Source: a virus
IMG/VR virus record: IMGVR_UViG_3300026531_000001
Coordinates: 1 to 64,000 of that record
DNA: 64,000 nt
Strand: one strand, 5' to 3'
Part shown: in pieces, positions 18,435 through 28,013 of the stretch
How positions within the stretch are numbered: the stretch's first letter is position 1
How the letters are laid out: the number at the start of each line of letters is the position of its first letter
Made by a program: the position numbers and the translations under genes
The notes under the pieces: generated by a model
Seen by the model: only the letters and a program-made list of their open reading frames with translations
What the model was told of the DNA's origin: nothing
Database searches by the model: none

Positions 18435-20582
18435 ATGCCCAAGTATTCTGCAAACCTCGCATCCCCTTTCACCATCGGCCAGCTGGCCGATCAGTACAAG
18501 ACCGCCTTCGACACCCTTGGCTGGGGTACCGGCAAAGTTAGTATTCAGGGCGGCTACCGGTTCACCAGCCAGCAGGCCGACGACTCTGCCGACACGCCGA
18601 TCTCCATTACTCCCGACGGAGCGGTGGCAGCGCCCGACTCCATTACCAGCATCACGGGAGCCGACTGGGTAGACAACTACGCCGGCAAGGTCTACGTCTA
18701 CCCCGTTACCGACGGTCATCACCGCTGGCCGCTGCTCTTCTATCTGCCCGGCTTGCGGGCTTTCCGCATCACGTTTACGCCAGTGCACCGCGCCGACGGC
18801 GCCGACAGCGGCCCCTTTTCCGATCTGGACATACACGCGATGGATTCGGTGTACAGCAACAACGCCAGCGACATCACCACATCGGCTCGAGCCGCCAGCC
18901 TCAAAGACTCCAATTGGGGAAGCGATTACACGATCGGACAGTCCTACACAACGTTATGGAGCCACGACGCCCTTGGCGGCGACGCTGAGGTAGCCCAGCA
19001 CGCCCTGATTTACGCCAAGAACGTCGTCCTGCGGATTGACAAGATCGAGTACATCGTGACCCCGGACGCCTTCGGAGTGCAGGGCCCCAACCTCGACGGC
19101 CCGCTCTTCGAGTTCCGCTTTCTCGACGGTTCCGGCTACGCCTACGGGGTCATGCAGCCGCTACCGGTCAAAGACGCCTATCGGCCGCGCGTGATCCTAT
19201 TGCCCCCGCACTACCAACGCGAGAGCGGCTTTTCGCATCTGGATGATTGGAAGCCGACCCATCTAATAAACCTCCTCTTCAACGCCTTTCGTGAGGACGA
19301 CCTGCAACAGGTTGGCATCTTCAATAGCGGGCTTCCGGTTTATGCAGTAGTCAAGCACTATTCATACGGTGCCGACCTGAACGTGTTTTTGGCGTCCAAT
19401 GACGATCACCGGGGATTTGCCTTGCGCAGTGTCCAGTCCGGCTCGAGCTCCATTCACGTCGTTGCCGATCGGGTAGACAAGTCGTCAATCTATCCCGCCA
19501 ACCCTACGACCGTACCCGAACGGCGCGAACATCTGCGCTGGCTCTATACGGATTACGACAACTACAGCACGGCCACGCGCGCGCCGGCTCGTACCGGATG
19601 GCTCATCAAGGTAGAGGGGCAGACGCGCATACTGCAACGAGGCGGCGTGGATTTGGTGTTTGCTCCGTATAGCAATACCTACACATTCGCGTTATACAGG
19701 GTCAGCCGCAATACAGACGGCGAGCTGATCTATGAGGAAAAAGTGGCCGACATCGCCATGACAGGCAACGGCACTTCAGGCGTCGGCAAGATCAGTTTCG
19801 ATGCGCTTGGCTTGAGCCTCGACACCGGATACTACCTGCTCGTTCCGCCGTCCAACTTGCGACCGGTCGGCACGCGCGGTATTCCCAGCTCTAGGAGCCC
19901 GGTCGGCACCGGAGCGCGCATGCTGGGCCCGGTAGTATGCCGCGATCTATCCGACGACTCCGGCTGGACCGCTGGATCCACGGTGCTCAACGTCACCGGT
20001 AACGACTTTTCTATTGCTCCCAGCAACGCCTCCATACACGGCAGCTTGAGCTTATGGCTCGAGTTCGACGTGGGCGATACCCCAAGCAACCGGGTTACGT
20101 CATATGCCGAAGACTTGGCGCTGGTCACGCACTCGCCCGGTGACAGCACACCCAAACCCCACCAGTATGAGCTCTTGCCGCTGGAAAATACGGAATACAC
20201 CAGCAACGGCAACTGGGCCTATGGCGCCTTCATGCCGTTCATACTCGATCGCGCCCTAGCTGGCGTTGAACCCGGTTACGTCTGGCAACTCTCGCCGCTC
20301 CCTGGGTGGTTCAGCGGTGCTCGCGGCTACTATACGACTGCCCGAAGCGCACCCACACTCGAGTTCGAGCCCGACGTAACCGAGCGCTTCCCCGCCTGGA
20401 TGGACCGGCCGTACCGCGACAGCCTACCGCTCGAGCGGCTAGTTATGCGGCCAACAAGAGACGTCGCGGCTGGCAATAGCCATTCCAACGCCGACGGGTC
20501 GGAGGATTTCGTGGCTTTCATCAGCCGGCGCGACAGCAACCGCCCCTGGAGCGTCTGCTTCCACGTCGAAGCGGAGGACTAG
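18435..20582 (+). CDS. Large putative virion/adsorption protein
   Basis: 715 aa, beta-rich, AGGAGG RBS, within the baseplate operon. Confidence 0.5.
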   Translation: MPKYSANLASPFTIGQLADQYKTAFDTLGWGTGKVSIQGGYRFTSQQADDSADTPISITPDGAVAAPDSITSITGADWVDNYAGKVYVYPVTDGHHRWPLLFYLPGLRAFRITFTPVHRADGADSGPFSDLDIHAMDSVYSNNASDITTSARAASLKDSNWGSDYTIGQSYTTLWSHDALGGDAEVAQHALIYAKNVVLRIDKIEYIVTPDAFGVQGPNLDGPLFEFRFLDGSGYAYGVMQPLPVKDAYRPRVILLPPHYQRESGFSHLDDWKPTHLINLLFNAFREDDLQQVGIFNSGLPVYAVVKHYSYGADLNVFLASNDDHRGFALRSVQSGSSSIHVVADRVDKSSIYPANPTTVPERREHLRWLYTDYDNYSTATRAPARTGWLIKVEGQTRILQRGGVDLVFAPYSNTYTFALYRVSRNTDGELIYEEKVADIAMTGNGTSGVGKISFDALGLSLDTGYYLLVPPSNLRPVGTRGIPSSRSPVGTGARMLGPVVCRDLSDDSGWTAGSTVLNVTGNDFSIAPSNASIHGSLSLWLEFDVGDTPSNRVTSYAEDLALVTHSPGDSTPKPHQYELLPLENTEYTSNGNWAYGAFMPFILDRALAGVEPGYVWQLSPLPGWFSGARGYYTTARSAPTLEFEPDVTERFPAWMDRPYRDSLPLERLVMRPTRDVAAGNSHSNADGSEDFVAFISRRDSNRPWSVCFHVEAED

Positions 20583-20585
20583 ACC

Positions 20586-22784
20586 ATGCCCTTGTGGAGT
20601 CTCACACCGACCGATGAGGACGTACAGCATGCGCGCGCAGCCGCCGCATCTCGATCCCGCATCCAGGCCCGCTACTGGCGCAATGCCAGCACGCCGGGCC
20701 TCATGGACGACGGTACGGGTACCACGTTCCACTTGGCATTCCGGCGCCTAACGGACGCGCCTGCCGGTTCGGTTACCTGGCTCTACGACCAGACCAACGT
20801 AGTCAACTCGCTTTACCCGGCAATCACCCTGCGCAAGGCGCTCTCGCTACGCGCCGGCCTCGTGGCGGCGCTCGAGCCGGCGGTATTGAGCCTCGAGGTC
20901 ACCCCGGTAGATGACGACACCGCGCGACTTACAGTAGTGCTCGACAAACCAGGCTCGATCAGCATGTTCCTCAAGGGACTCGATGCCGATGGCAACGAAA
21001 CTGGCCTCATCACTGCTGGCGACGGGGCAGACGGCACCGGCTCCAAAACCCTCACCATGGACTTCCCCCGGCAGGACGGCCTCTACCGGATCGTGGTGCG
21101 TGCGGGTATGACCAAGTACGCCCGCGACTACAACGCCGACACCCCCACCAGCGCGCTCTCGACCTACGCCTCTGCCGCAAACGACGTGATGGGCGGGAGT
21201 TACCAGACCGGAGTGCTCGACGGGCGCTACGCCTTCGCCAGCGCTATCTATCCTCTGGCCGATCCGTACGGTTTTGATTCGGACGCAGTTCTCAACGGCC
21301 CCGACTGGGACACTGACGCCACCCGGCAGGCCATGGTGCAGACCATCGCCGACCGCTCGAGCATTGATACCGCCAAGCGCTTCCTCGACGCCATGGTGGA
21401 CAAGGGCGCTTCGCCGTATGACGCCAGCAACACTGACCCCGACTACTACAAGAACAAGGCGGTGCCCGCCACCGACGAAGTGTACCAGGCGGGCGGCGTC
21501 GGAGCCTATCACGATGTGTACGGTGCCTACCCGTCGTTTACCTATGACACCACCAGTAACGACGGCAGCTATTTGTCCGGCCTCAAAAACGACTTCATCA
21601 GCGCGATCCAAACAGACGCGGACGCCGCAGGCTACGATCGCGCCTACGGCGAGGTATACCAGGCCGCGCACGACGCCGAGATCACGGGCGGGCTTCCCGA
21701 GGGCGCGACCGCTTGGCCGACCACCACATCTTCGGGGCAGGCAGCGGCCGTCGCTAGGCATGTGTATGAGTCTGGCTTCGCTCGAGCGGCCCAGGAAATC
21801 TACGATGCCGGGCGCACCGACGGCTACGACTGGCGCGTAAGTGTAGACCCGGCGCTCGAGCCCGGCACCAGCGGCTACGTGACCCAGTACCGCAACCAGG
21901 CCGACCCCTACAAGGCCAAGATGCAAGCCACGGGCAAGATTGCGGGGCTCAAGTTCTTCCTGGATTACATCGCCGCACAGTACGCCTACAGCTACGATGC
22001 CAGCAACGCCGCGGGCCTCGACGACGCCGACTACACCACCTACCTCGAGGGCGAACGCAACGGCGCCGTGGGCGTGGTCTACGACACCGGCCGCGCCAAT
22101 GGCTACCGCGAGCTCTATGACGTGGGCGTCAGCCTCTTCAAGTTCAGCTACGACTCCCAGCTCGATGCTGCCGGACTGAGCTCGATCAAGGACTCTTTCC
22201 TGACCGCGGTGTACTCCTATGGGGTGACGGCGGCCCTCCAGGAGCAGTACGACCTCGGGACGAGCACCTACTTCAACGACCTGACCGACTACCCGACCGT
22301 GCGCGACCCCAGCTATGTGACCCGCACCCAGTACCTGGACACGCTGGCCGCGCACCTGCGGGGGCTACAGGGCGACTTTTTCACCCGCGTCTACGAATCG
22401 GGCGTGATCTACGTCTACCGCGACCGCATCTACCCCCTGGCCGAGCCTTTCGGGTTCACCTTCGACCGTACCCAGAAGCAGGCGAGCTACTACGCCGACC
22501 TCGAGCCCGACTTCATTGAGGCGCTCCGGGAAGGCTATGCGGGCGGTCACATCGTTCGCGTAATCCGTAACTACGACCCGGCAACCTACACCGCTCATGT
22601 GGAAGTGGAGCTCTCCCGGCCGGAAGGCGTGGTGCTTTATGTAACCGACGACAACGGCAACCAGATCGGTAGCGTGCTCGAGTCGCTAATCCCCCAAACC
22701 GTGCACACATTCGTCTTCCCCCTCGTTCCCAACGTGGATGAGGTGCTGCTGCACATAGAGCTCAGCAACCTGGAGGAGGATTGA
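20586..22784 (+). CDS. Large acidic Tyr-rich putative virion protein with internal repeats
   Basis: Repeated (V/I)Y..G...(F/Y)(T/S)YD units. Confidence 0.5.
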   Translation: MPLWSLTPTDEDVQHARAAAASRSRIQARYWRNASTPGLMDDGTGTTFHLAFRRLTDAPAGSVTWLYDQTNVVNSLYPAITLRKALSLRAGLVAALEPAVLSLEVTPVDDDTARLTVVLDKPGSISMFLKGLDADGNETGLITAGDGADGTGSKTLTMDFPRQDGLYRIVVRAGMTKYARDYNADTPTSALSTYASAANDVMGGSYQTGVLDGRYAFASAIYPLADPYGFDSDAVLNGPDWDTDATRQAMVQTIADRSSIDTAKRFLDAMVDKGASPYDASNTDPDYYKNKAVPATDEVYQAGGVGAYHDVYGAYPSFTYDTTSNDGSYLSGLKNDFISAIQTDADAAGYDRAYGEVYQAAHDAEITGGLPEGATAWPTTTSSGQAAAVARHVYESGFARAAQEIYDAGRTDGYDWRVSVDPALEPGTSGYVTQYRNQADPYKAKMQATGKIAGLKFFLDYIAAQYAYSYDASNAAGLDDADYTTYLEGERNGAVGVVYDTGRANGYRELYDVGVSLFKFSYDSQLDAAGLSSIKDSFLTAVYSYGVTAALQEQYDLGTSTYFNDLTDYPTVRDPSYVTRTQYLDTLAAHLRGLQGDFFTRVYESGVIYVYRDRIYPLAEPFGFTFDRTQKQASYYADLEPDFIEALREGYAGGHIVRVIRNYDPATYTAHVEVELSRPEGVVLYVTDDNGNQIGSVLESLIPQTVHTFVFPLVPNVDEVLLHIELSNLEED

Positions 22785-22817
22785 GCGATAGCCGACTACG
22801 GCGGCTAGGGTACCCCT

Positions 22818-23525
22818 ATGGCAGATCCCACTCCCCTGACTAACCCGGGCCAGGATCATGTAGTCGTAACGCTGCCCCTGCAATCTGCGGCAGGAGTGGA
22901 TGAGACAACTACATCCGGGCGACAGTGGCGCCTCCCCCCGTGGCTGCCGCTCAAGGGGATCACGGCGGACCTCATGGACGCCCTCGACGCGGGTCTGCAG
23001 CGCGTGGACCTGGGGGCTCTAGACCAGCTCGACGTACAAACGGCTACCTGGGAGTGGCTGGACTACCACGCGCGCCTCTATGGGCTCGAGCCCCGCTTCC
23101 CGGGTGAGGCCGACGCAGTATTGCGCCAGCGCATCCTGGGCGAGCTGCGGCTGCCACGCACTACTCCTGAGGCCATCGAGACCGCCATCGAAATGGCCTT
23201 CCCGGGCACCACGGCCACCGTCTTCGACTGGACCACCGTCGAGACCAAGGGTGGGTACACCATCCGGCGATGGGACGGCACCTACCACTGGGACGGCGCC
23301 GTCAACTTCAACCCCGGGGGGCCCTATGAAAACTTGCGTTACTACCTTGGCGTATTGATAGTGCGGCTCGAGGGCGGCCCCTACGACCTCGAGGTGGTGC
23401 GGAGCATTGTGGACCGCTTCCGTCCCGCCGGGGCGCTGCCGCATTACGAGGTCCTGGGCTCGAGCACCATCCCGCTCGACGGCACCCGTATCCTCAACGG
23501 CAACTGGGTGCTCAACTCAACCTGA
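22818..23525 (+). CDS. Baseplate wedge/tail protein I-like
   Basis: TATWEWLDYHARLYGL..R..GE.D..LRQRI; RPAG; WDG/LDG repeats. Confidence 0.8.
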   Translation: MADPTPLTNPGQDHVVVTLPLQSAAGVDETTTSGRQWRLPPWLPLKGITADLMDALDAGLQRVDLGALDQLDVQTATWEWLDYHARLYGLEPRFPGEADAVLRQRILGELRLPRTTPEAIETAIEMAFPGTTATVFDWTTVETKGGYTIRRWDGTYHWDGAVNFNPGGPYENLRYYLGVLIVRLEGGPYDLEVVRSIVDRFRPAGALPHYEVLGSSTIPLDGTRILNGNWVLNST

Positions 23526-23550
23526 CCGCGCGCGTGAATAGGGTGGCGGC

Positions 23551-24576
23551 ATGGCACTGACCGGCGACCCCAATGGGACTATGAGCCTGGAGCTCTACGA
23601 GGTCCAGACCACGGACCCCGTACATCCCAGCATGGTGAACCCCCAGCTACAAATGCTGGTGACGAACGACGCCGTGTTGAAGAAGCGACTCGACGTTATC
23701 GAGGCGGCCGGCGTGCTGGCGCTTCCAGGCCGCGTGAGCGCGCTCGAGGCCATCAACGCCGAGACCCGGCTGACCGCGCTTGAGGCGGTAAATGCCGGCA
23801 CCCGCTTGGACGCGCTCGAAGCGGTGCGCGCGAACGACCGCCTCAACGTCCTCGAGGGAGCCGTAAACACGCTGGACGGCCGCATCTCCGACCTGGAGGC
23901 CATAGATGCCGACGCGCGACTGGATGCGCTCGAGCAGGCGCAGGGGGCCACTATGGTCTACACCAGCAGTCCGCCCCTGGACGCCGCAATCGGGGCGCGC
24001 TGGCTTCGCCCCTTCAATGGCACGATCATCACGCTCACCAAAGCACGCGTAGAGGGAGGGCGTAACGTCTGGGTCACGGAGCCGCAGGCGATCAGCCTGC
24101 ACGCGGCTTCGATCGGCACCGACGCGGGCGTGAGCGACCGTTGGGCGCTTCCGGGCAGCATGTTCGGCATGACCGTAAACCGCGCCATTGCCACCCGCAT
24201 CAGATACAAATACACGGTGCAGGCGCTAGGTGTGGGGATGGACTATCGGGCTCGAGCGTGGTGGCGCGTTCCCGGGGGCGCGTCGCCGAAGGGTCGCGGC
24301 TCCAGCTCGGGTGTAGACCCCGGAGACGAAGGGGCGCCGAACAACACCTCAGGAGCCACCCTGGTCCTCAACGCCACTGCCAGCGGTTTTCAAAACCACC
24401 TCATAGATCATGAGCAGGGCGAATACACCGTAGACTCGCTCACGCCCCTGACTCCTGGCCTACAGATCTGGGTGCAGGCATGGCGCGACACGGCAGGGTG
24501 GGGGTCCGACAACAACATCCGCGGTAACACACAGGTATTCCTAGACGTGAGCTTCATAGTGGAGCTGCTGCAGTAA
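23551..24576 (+). CDS. Tail fibre 1 (coiled-coil shaft)
   Basis: TTDPVH..NPQ..L..ND anchor; 11-residue RLDALEAINAD repeats. Confidence 0.75.
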   Translation: MALTGDPNGTMSLELYEVQTTDPVHPSMVNPQLQMLVTNDAVLKKRLDVIEAAGVLALPGRVSALEAINAETRLTALEAVNAGTRLDALEAVRANDRLNVLEGAVNTLDGRISDLEAIDADARLDALEQAQGATMVYTSSPPLDAAIGARWLRPFNGTIITLTKARVEGGRNVWVTEPQAISLHAASIGTDAGVSDRWALPGSMFGMTVNRAIATRIRYKYTVQALGVGMDYRARAWWRVPGGASPKGRGSSSGVDPGDEGAPNNTSGATLVLNATASGFQNHLIDHEQGEYTVDSLTPLTPGLQIWVQAWRDTAGWGSDNNIRGNTQVFLDVSFIVELLQ

Positions 24577-24587
24577 CGGAGGCCCTC

Positions 24588-25454
24588 ATGGACCTGATCG
24601 GCAACGAAAACGGAACCTTCAGAGACCGCGTGCGCGCGCTCGAGACGACCGACCCGGCACACCCGAACACCTGGAACCCGCAGTTCCAGGACCTGATCAA
24701 CAATGACGCCATCCTCTACCGGATGGTGCAGGAGCTGGGCGGCGCCGGGGGCTTGGCCCCACGGGTAGCCGCGCTTGAAGCCCTGAACATAGGCCCGCGG
24801 TTGGACGCGCTCGAGGCCATCAATGCCGACGCACGGCTGGATGCGCTCGAGGCGCTCAACCTGGGAGACATAAACAACACCCTCAGCTCCCTCTCCAATC
24901 GCATGGACTCGCTTGAGTCGTGGGCGGCAACGGTGGACCCGGACAACGACGGCATCGGCTGGGACGATGTGCAGAACAAGCCCTCCGAGTTCACCCCCGC
25001 CGCACACACCCACCCTCTCGCCGAAATCAGCGACTGGCCGACGGATGTGGACGCCACGGAAGTGGGCTACCTCGACGGCGTGACCGGTCCCATCCAGACC
25101 CAGCTCGACGCCAAGGCGGACCAGACCGCACTCAACGACCACCTGAACGCCGCCGATCCACACCCCCAGTACCTCACCGAGTCCGAAGGGGACGCGCGAT
25201 ACACCAGGACCAACGCTGCAACGCCGAACGCGCTCACGGTAGGCTCGAGCCCCTATGAGTACCAGAACCCGGGGCCCAACCCCGTCGCCGTGATCGTACA
25301 GGGCGGCGACCCGAGCCTGCTCGAGTTCAGCCGCGATGGGAACACCTACTACGACCTGGGGGTGACGGCGGGCATGGTCTATCTGGCACCCAGCGACCGC
25401 GTGCGAGTCACCTACGGCTCCAACGCGCCAACCATGACGGTAGTGCCGCTATAG
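24588..25454 (+). CDS. Tail fibre 2
   Basis: Same anchor and repeats; WDDVQNKP, AHTH and DPHPQYL fibre motifs. Confidence 0.8.
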   Translation: MDLIGNENGTFRDRVRALETTDPAHPNTWNPQFQDLINNDAILYRMVQELGGAGGLAPRVAALEALNIGPRLDALEAINADARLDALEALNLGDINNTLSSLSNRMDSLESWAATVDPDNDGIGWDDVQNKPSEFTPAAHTHPLAEISDWPTDVDATEVGYLDGVTGPIQTQLDAKADQTALNDHLNAADPHPQYLTESEGDARYTRTNAATPNALTVGSSPYEYQNPGPNPVAVIVQGGDPSLLEFSRDGNTYYDLGVTAGMVYLAPSDRVRVTYGSNAPTMTVVPL

Positions 25455-25488
25455 CCCGTCTGACGGCTACAGACCTGAAGGTGCGGGC

Positions 25489-25938
25489 ATGGAACGCCTC
25501 ACCGCCTTCATTCTCTCGATCGCCGACAGCTTGAGCCGCCTCACCGACCTGCTACTCATCAAACTGATCGTAGGGGTACTGATCTGGGTATATTCCCCAT
25601 GGCGAGAGGCGTACGGCATTTTAGGTGCCCTTGTCGCCCTCGACTTCCTTACCGGCGTGGTAGCCGCCCGGCACAGGGGGCGCCACATCACCAGCGCCAT
25701 CATGGCCACCAAGACCGGCGCCAAGCTGGTGGTCTATGGTACCGCCCTGGCCGCAATCAATCTGGCTGAGCGCGGTGTCGGCCTCGGAGCCCTATTCACG
25801 AGCGTAGGCCTAGGCATGCTGATAGTGACCGAGGCCCTTTCCATCCTGGAAAACCTGCAACTCATCTATCCCGATCTACCCATTCTGCAACGCCTCGAGG
25901 CCATGCTACGAGATCGCGCACCGAGGTCCGACGTTTAG
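25489..25938 (+). CDS. Holin (phage holin 4-like)
   Basis: LDFLTGV, ITS and EALSILEN motifs; TM helices. Confidence 0.85.
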   Translation: MERLTAFILSIADSLSRLTDLLLIKLIVGVLIWVYSPWREAYGILGALVALDFLTGVVAARHRGRHITSAIMATKTGAKLVVYGTALAAINLAERGVGLGALFTSVGLGMLIVTEALSILENLQLIYPDLPILQRLEAMLRDRAPRSDV

Positions 25939-25971
25939 TAGCCTGACCACCGCCGTTTCTACGGTGGCGGC

Positions 25972-26454
25972 ATGGCAAAGCGACTGAAAAACCCCCCTGG
26001 TACTCATACTGAGTTTCTCAAGCAACTCGAGCAAAGCATTAAGGAGGCCCATCTGGACGGCACCCCGGGCGGCATCCACGCCTTCATTCCCGGCACCCCC
26101 GCCGCAGACGCCATAATGTACATTTACGTTCCCACCGAGCGGGTGAAAATCCCGGCAAACGGCAACCACTTCATTTACGCCGATACGCCGCCGCAAAACG
26201 ACTGGACCGCCAGCATCGAAGGCGCCAGCGGGATCATAGTAGCCGGCATTCAGGCTGGCCAGGACGTGGGCAGCTTCGACTTTCCTATGGGCGACGCCTA
26301 CCTCGAGCCGGGCCAACCCCTGGTGATACTGGCACCGTCTACCGCCGACAGCGAAATCAAGGACATCGCAATCGCCATTGAGGTCCAGCGGGCCGAGCCC
26401 GGCGAAGGTCCTGCGGACGGCGGGCTTGGCGGGGTCGGCGTCATAGTCATGTAG
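25972..26454 (+). CDS. Hypothetical late protein
   Basis: ACCACC-N8-TACGGT-6nt-ATG. Confidence 0.55.
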   Translation: MAKRLKNPPGTHTEFLKQLEQSIKEAHLDGTPGGIHAFIPGTPAADAIMYIYVPTERVKIPANGNHFIYADTPPQNDWTASIEGASGIIVAGIQAGQDVGSFDFPMGDAYLEPGQPLVILAPSTADSEIKDIAIAIEVQRAEPGEGPADGGLGGVGVIVM

Positions 26455-26456
26455 CC

Positions 26457-27182
26457 ATGGACCCCACGACAGCCCTCCAGGACAAGGTGCTCCGCATGGT
26501 GCACGCCTTCGAGGGTGGGCACCTGGCCGGCAACTTCGACGGACAGGTGCTCTCCTGGGGGCCGCTGCAGTGGAACCTTGGGCAGGGGACCCTCGGGCCG
26601 GTGCTGCAGCGCATCGTGGAGCTCGAGCCCGAAGCGGCCGCGCGGATCATGGGTGAAGAGTTCGCCGAAGCTGCGCGCGCAGGCAACCTGGCCATGGTCC
26701 GCTTCGCCCGGGCGCGCATCCTCGACCACCGGGGCCGCCCGAAGGCCGAGTGGCGGGACGCCTTCCGCAGGCTGGGCGAGCTCGAGGGCACGCACCGGGC
26801 CTTCCGTGAGGCCGCCCAGCCCTACCTCAAACGCGGGCAGCGCCTCGCTGAGGCCCTGGGATTCGAGACCGAACGCGGCTACGCCCTGGGCGTGGACGTG
26901 GCGGTGCAGAACGGCGCCCCCCGGCGCGACCACATCCGCGAGTACCGGCGCCGCCTGGGGAGCGGCAAGCGCTACCCCATGGAGTGGCAGCGGCTGAAAC
27001 TCTTCGCCCACGTGGTCGCCGACGCCGCCAACCCGCGCTGGCACGACGACGTGCTGAGCCGCAAGCTCACCATCGCCGTGGGACGCGGCCGGGTGCACGG
27101 CAAGGACTACGTGCTCGAGCGCGACTTCGGCATCAGCTACTGGCGCAAATGGTGGGAGGACCCCGACCGCCCCCGTGCGTAG
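26457..27182 (+). CDS. Endolysin (lysozyme-like fold)
   Basis: FEG...AGNFDGQVLSWGPLQWNLGQGTL and D.AVQNG motifs; near the holin. Confidence 0.75.
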   Translation: MDPTTALQDKVLRMVHAFEGGHLAGNFDGQVLSWGPLQWNLGQGTLGPVLQRIVELEPEAAARIMGEEFAEAARAGNLAMVRFARARILDHRGRPKAEWRDAFRRLGELEGTHRAFREAAQPYLKRGQRLAEALGFETERGYALGVDVAVQNGAPRRDHIREYRRRLGSGKRYPMEWQRLKLFAHVVADAANPRWHDDVLSRKLTIAVGRGRVHGKDYVLERDFGISYWRKWWEDPDRPRA

Positions 27183-27195
27183 GGTGCCATAGGAG

Positions 27196-27474
27196 GTGAA
27201 CATGAAGCGACTGATCTCGATCTTGCAGGCGCTAATCCAGGCCGCCGGTCTGGCCGTGACCATCGTGGAGCTGACCGCTGAGGGAACCGGCGAGAAGGGC
27301 AAGGCCAAGGAGGACAAAGCCGTCGCCCAGATGCGCGAGCTCTTCCCCCCGGAGATGCTGCCGGAGGCGTTCCGCGACAGCTACGACATCATTGCGCGCA
27401 TGGTGATCCGCGCCATCGTCGCATTCTTCAACGCCACGGGTTTTTTCGAGAAGTCCGGCGCGCCGCCCAGCTAG
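27196..27474 (+). CDS. Small lysis-region protein
   Basis: AGGAGG RBS; G..K...AV and VAFFNATGFF motifs. Confidence 0.6.
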   Translation: MNMKRLISILQALIQAAGLAVTIVELTAEGTGEKGKAKEDKAVAQMRELFPPEMLPEAFRDSYDIIARMVIRAIVAFFNATGFFEKSGAPPS

Positions 27475-27519
27475 GCGCGGGCCGGGCACGCAAGCGACCG
27501 CGCAGGCCAGGACTACGCA

Positions 27520-27547
27520 GGTAAGGCGGGCTCGAGCCCGCCTTACC
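27520..27547. repeat. Perfect 28-bp palindrome centred on CTCGAG (probable terminator)
   Basis: GGTAAGGCGGGCTC|GAGCCCGCCTTACC followed by CTTT. Confidence 0.8.
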
Positions 27548-27623
27548 CTTTGATACCCGACCGTTACCGCACTGTTCCGCCCCCGCTGCACCCCCTTCCA
27601 CCCTTGTCTGTAGAATAAGACGC

Positions 27624-28013
27624 ATGATAAAGCACCTTATCGCCCCATTGGTGCTGGCGGCTGGCCTCGCTTGGGCCTCGAGTCCTGATGCGGCCGGTTG
27701 GACTGGCTGGGATGTGGAGCTCGGGTGGGAGTGGAGCAACCCCGCCCCGGCCATCACGCAGCCGCCAGACAGCCGCATGCCCTTCTCAGGGCATTATTTG
27801 CGCCTGGACGCCTACTATTTGCTGGGATCGAGCTGGGGCGTGGACGTTTACCTCATGCCGCAGGCCGCTTTCTATCCGGGCTCGCTAGGCCGTTCCTGGA
27901 TAGGGATCCAAGCGCTGGCGGACAGTCCCGATATAACCCTGGGCGTTGAGGCCCAGTACCAACCCGCAGGCACCTACGTGTTCCGCGCCTATGTACGCCT
28001 GGGGGGACGGTAA
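27624..28013 (+). CDS. Secreted, aromatic beta-strand-rich (outer-membrane-like) protein
   Basis: Signal peptide; alternating aromatic strands; TAGAAT-7nt-ATG. Confidence 0.55.
   Translation: MIKHLIAPLVLAAGLAWASSPDAAGWTGWDVELGWEWSNPAPAITQPPDSRMPFSGHYLRLDAYYLLGSSWGVDVYLMPQAAFYPGSLGRSWIGIQALADSPDITLGVEAQYQPAGTYVFRAYVRLGGR

Noticed and set aside
23551-25454. Diversity-generating retroelement or invertible fibre cassette
   Set aside because: No reverse transcriptase, invertase or adenine-variant repeat pair seen
27520-27547. Perfect palindrome as a protelomerase (telRL) site
   Set aside because: No protelomerase in the window; GC-rich, followed by Ts and located at an operon end, so a terminator is simpler
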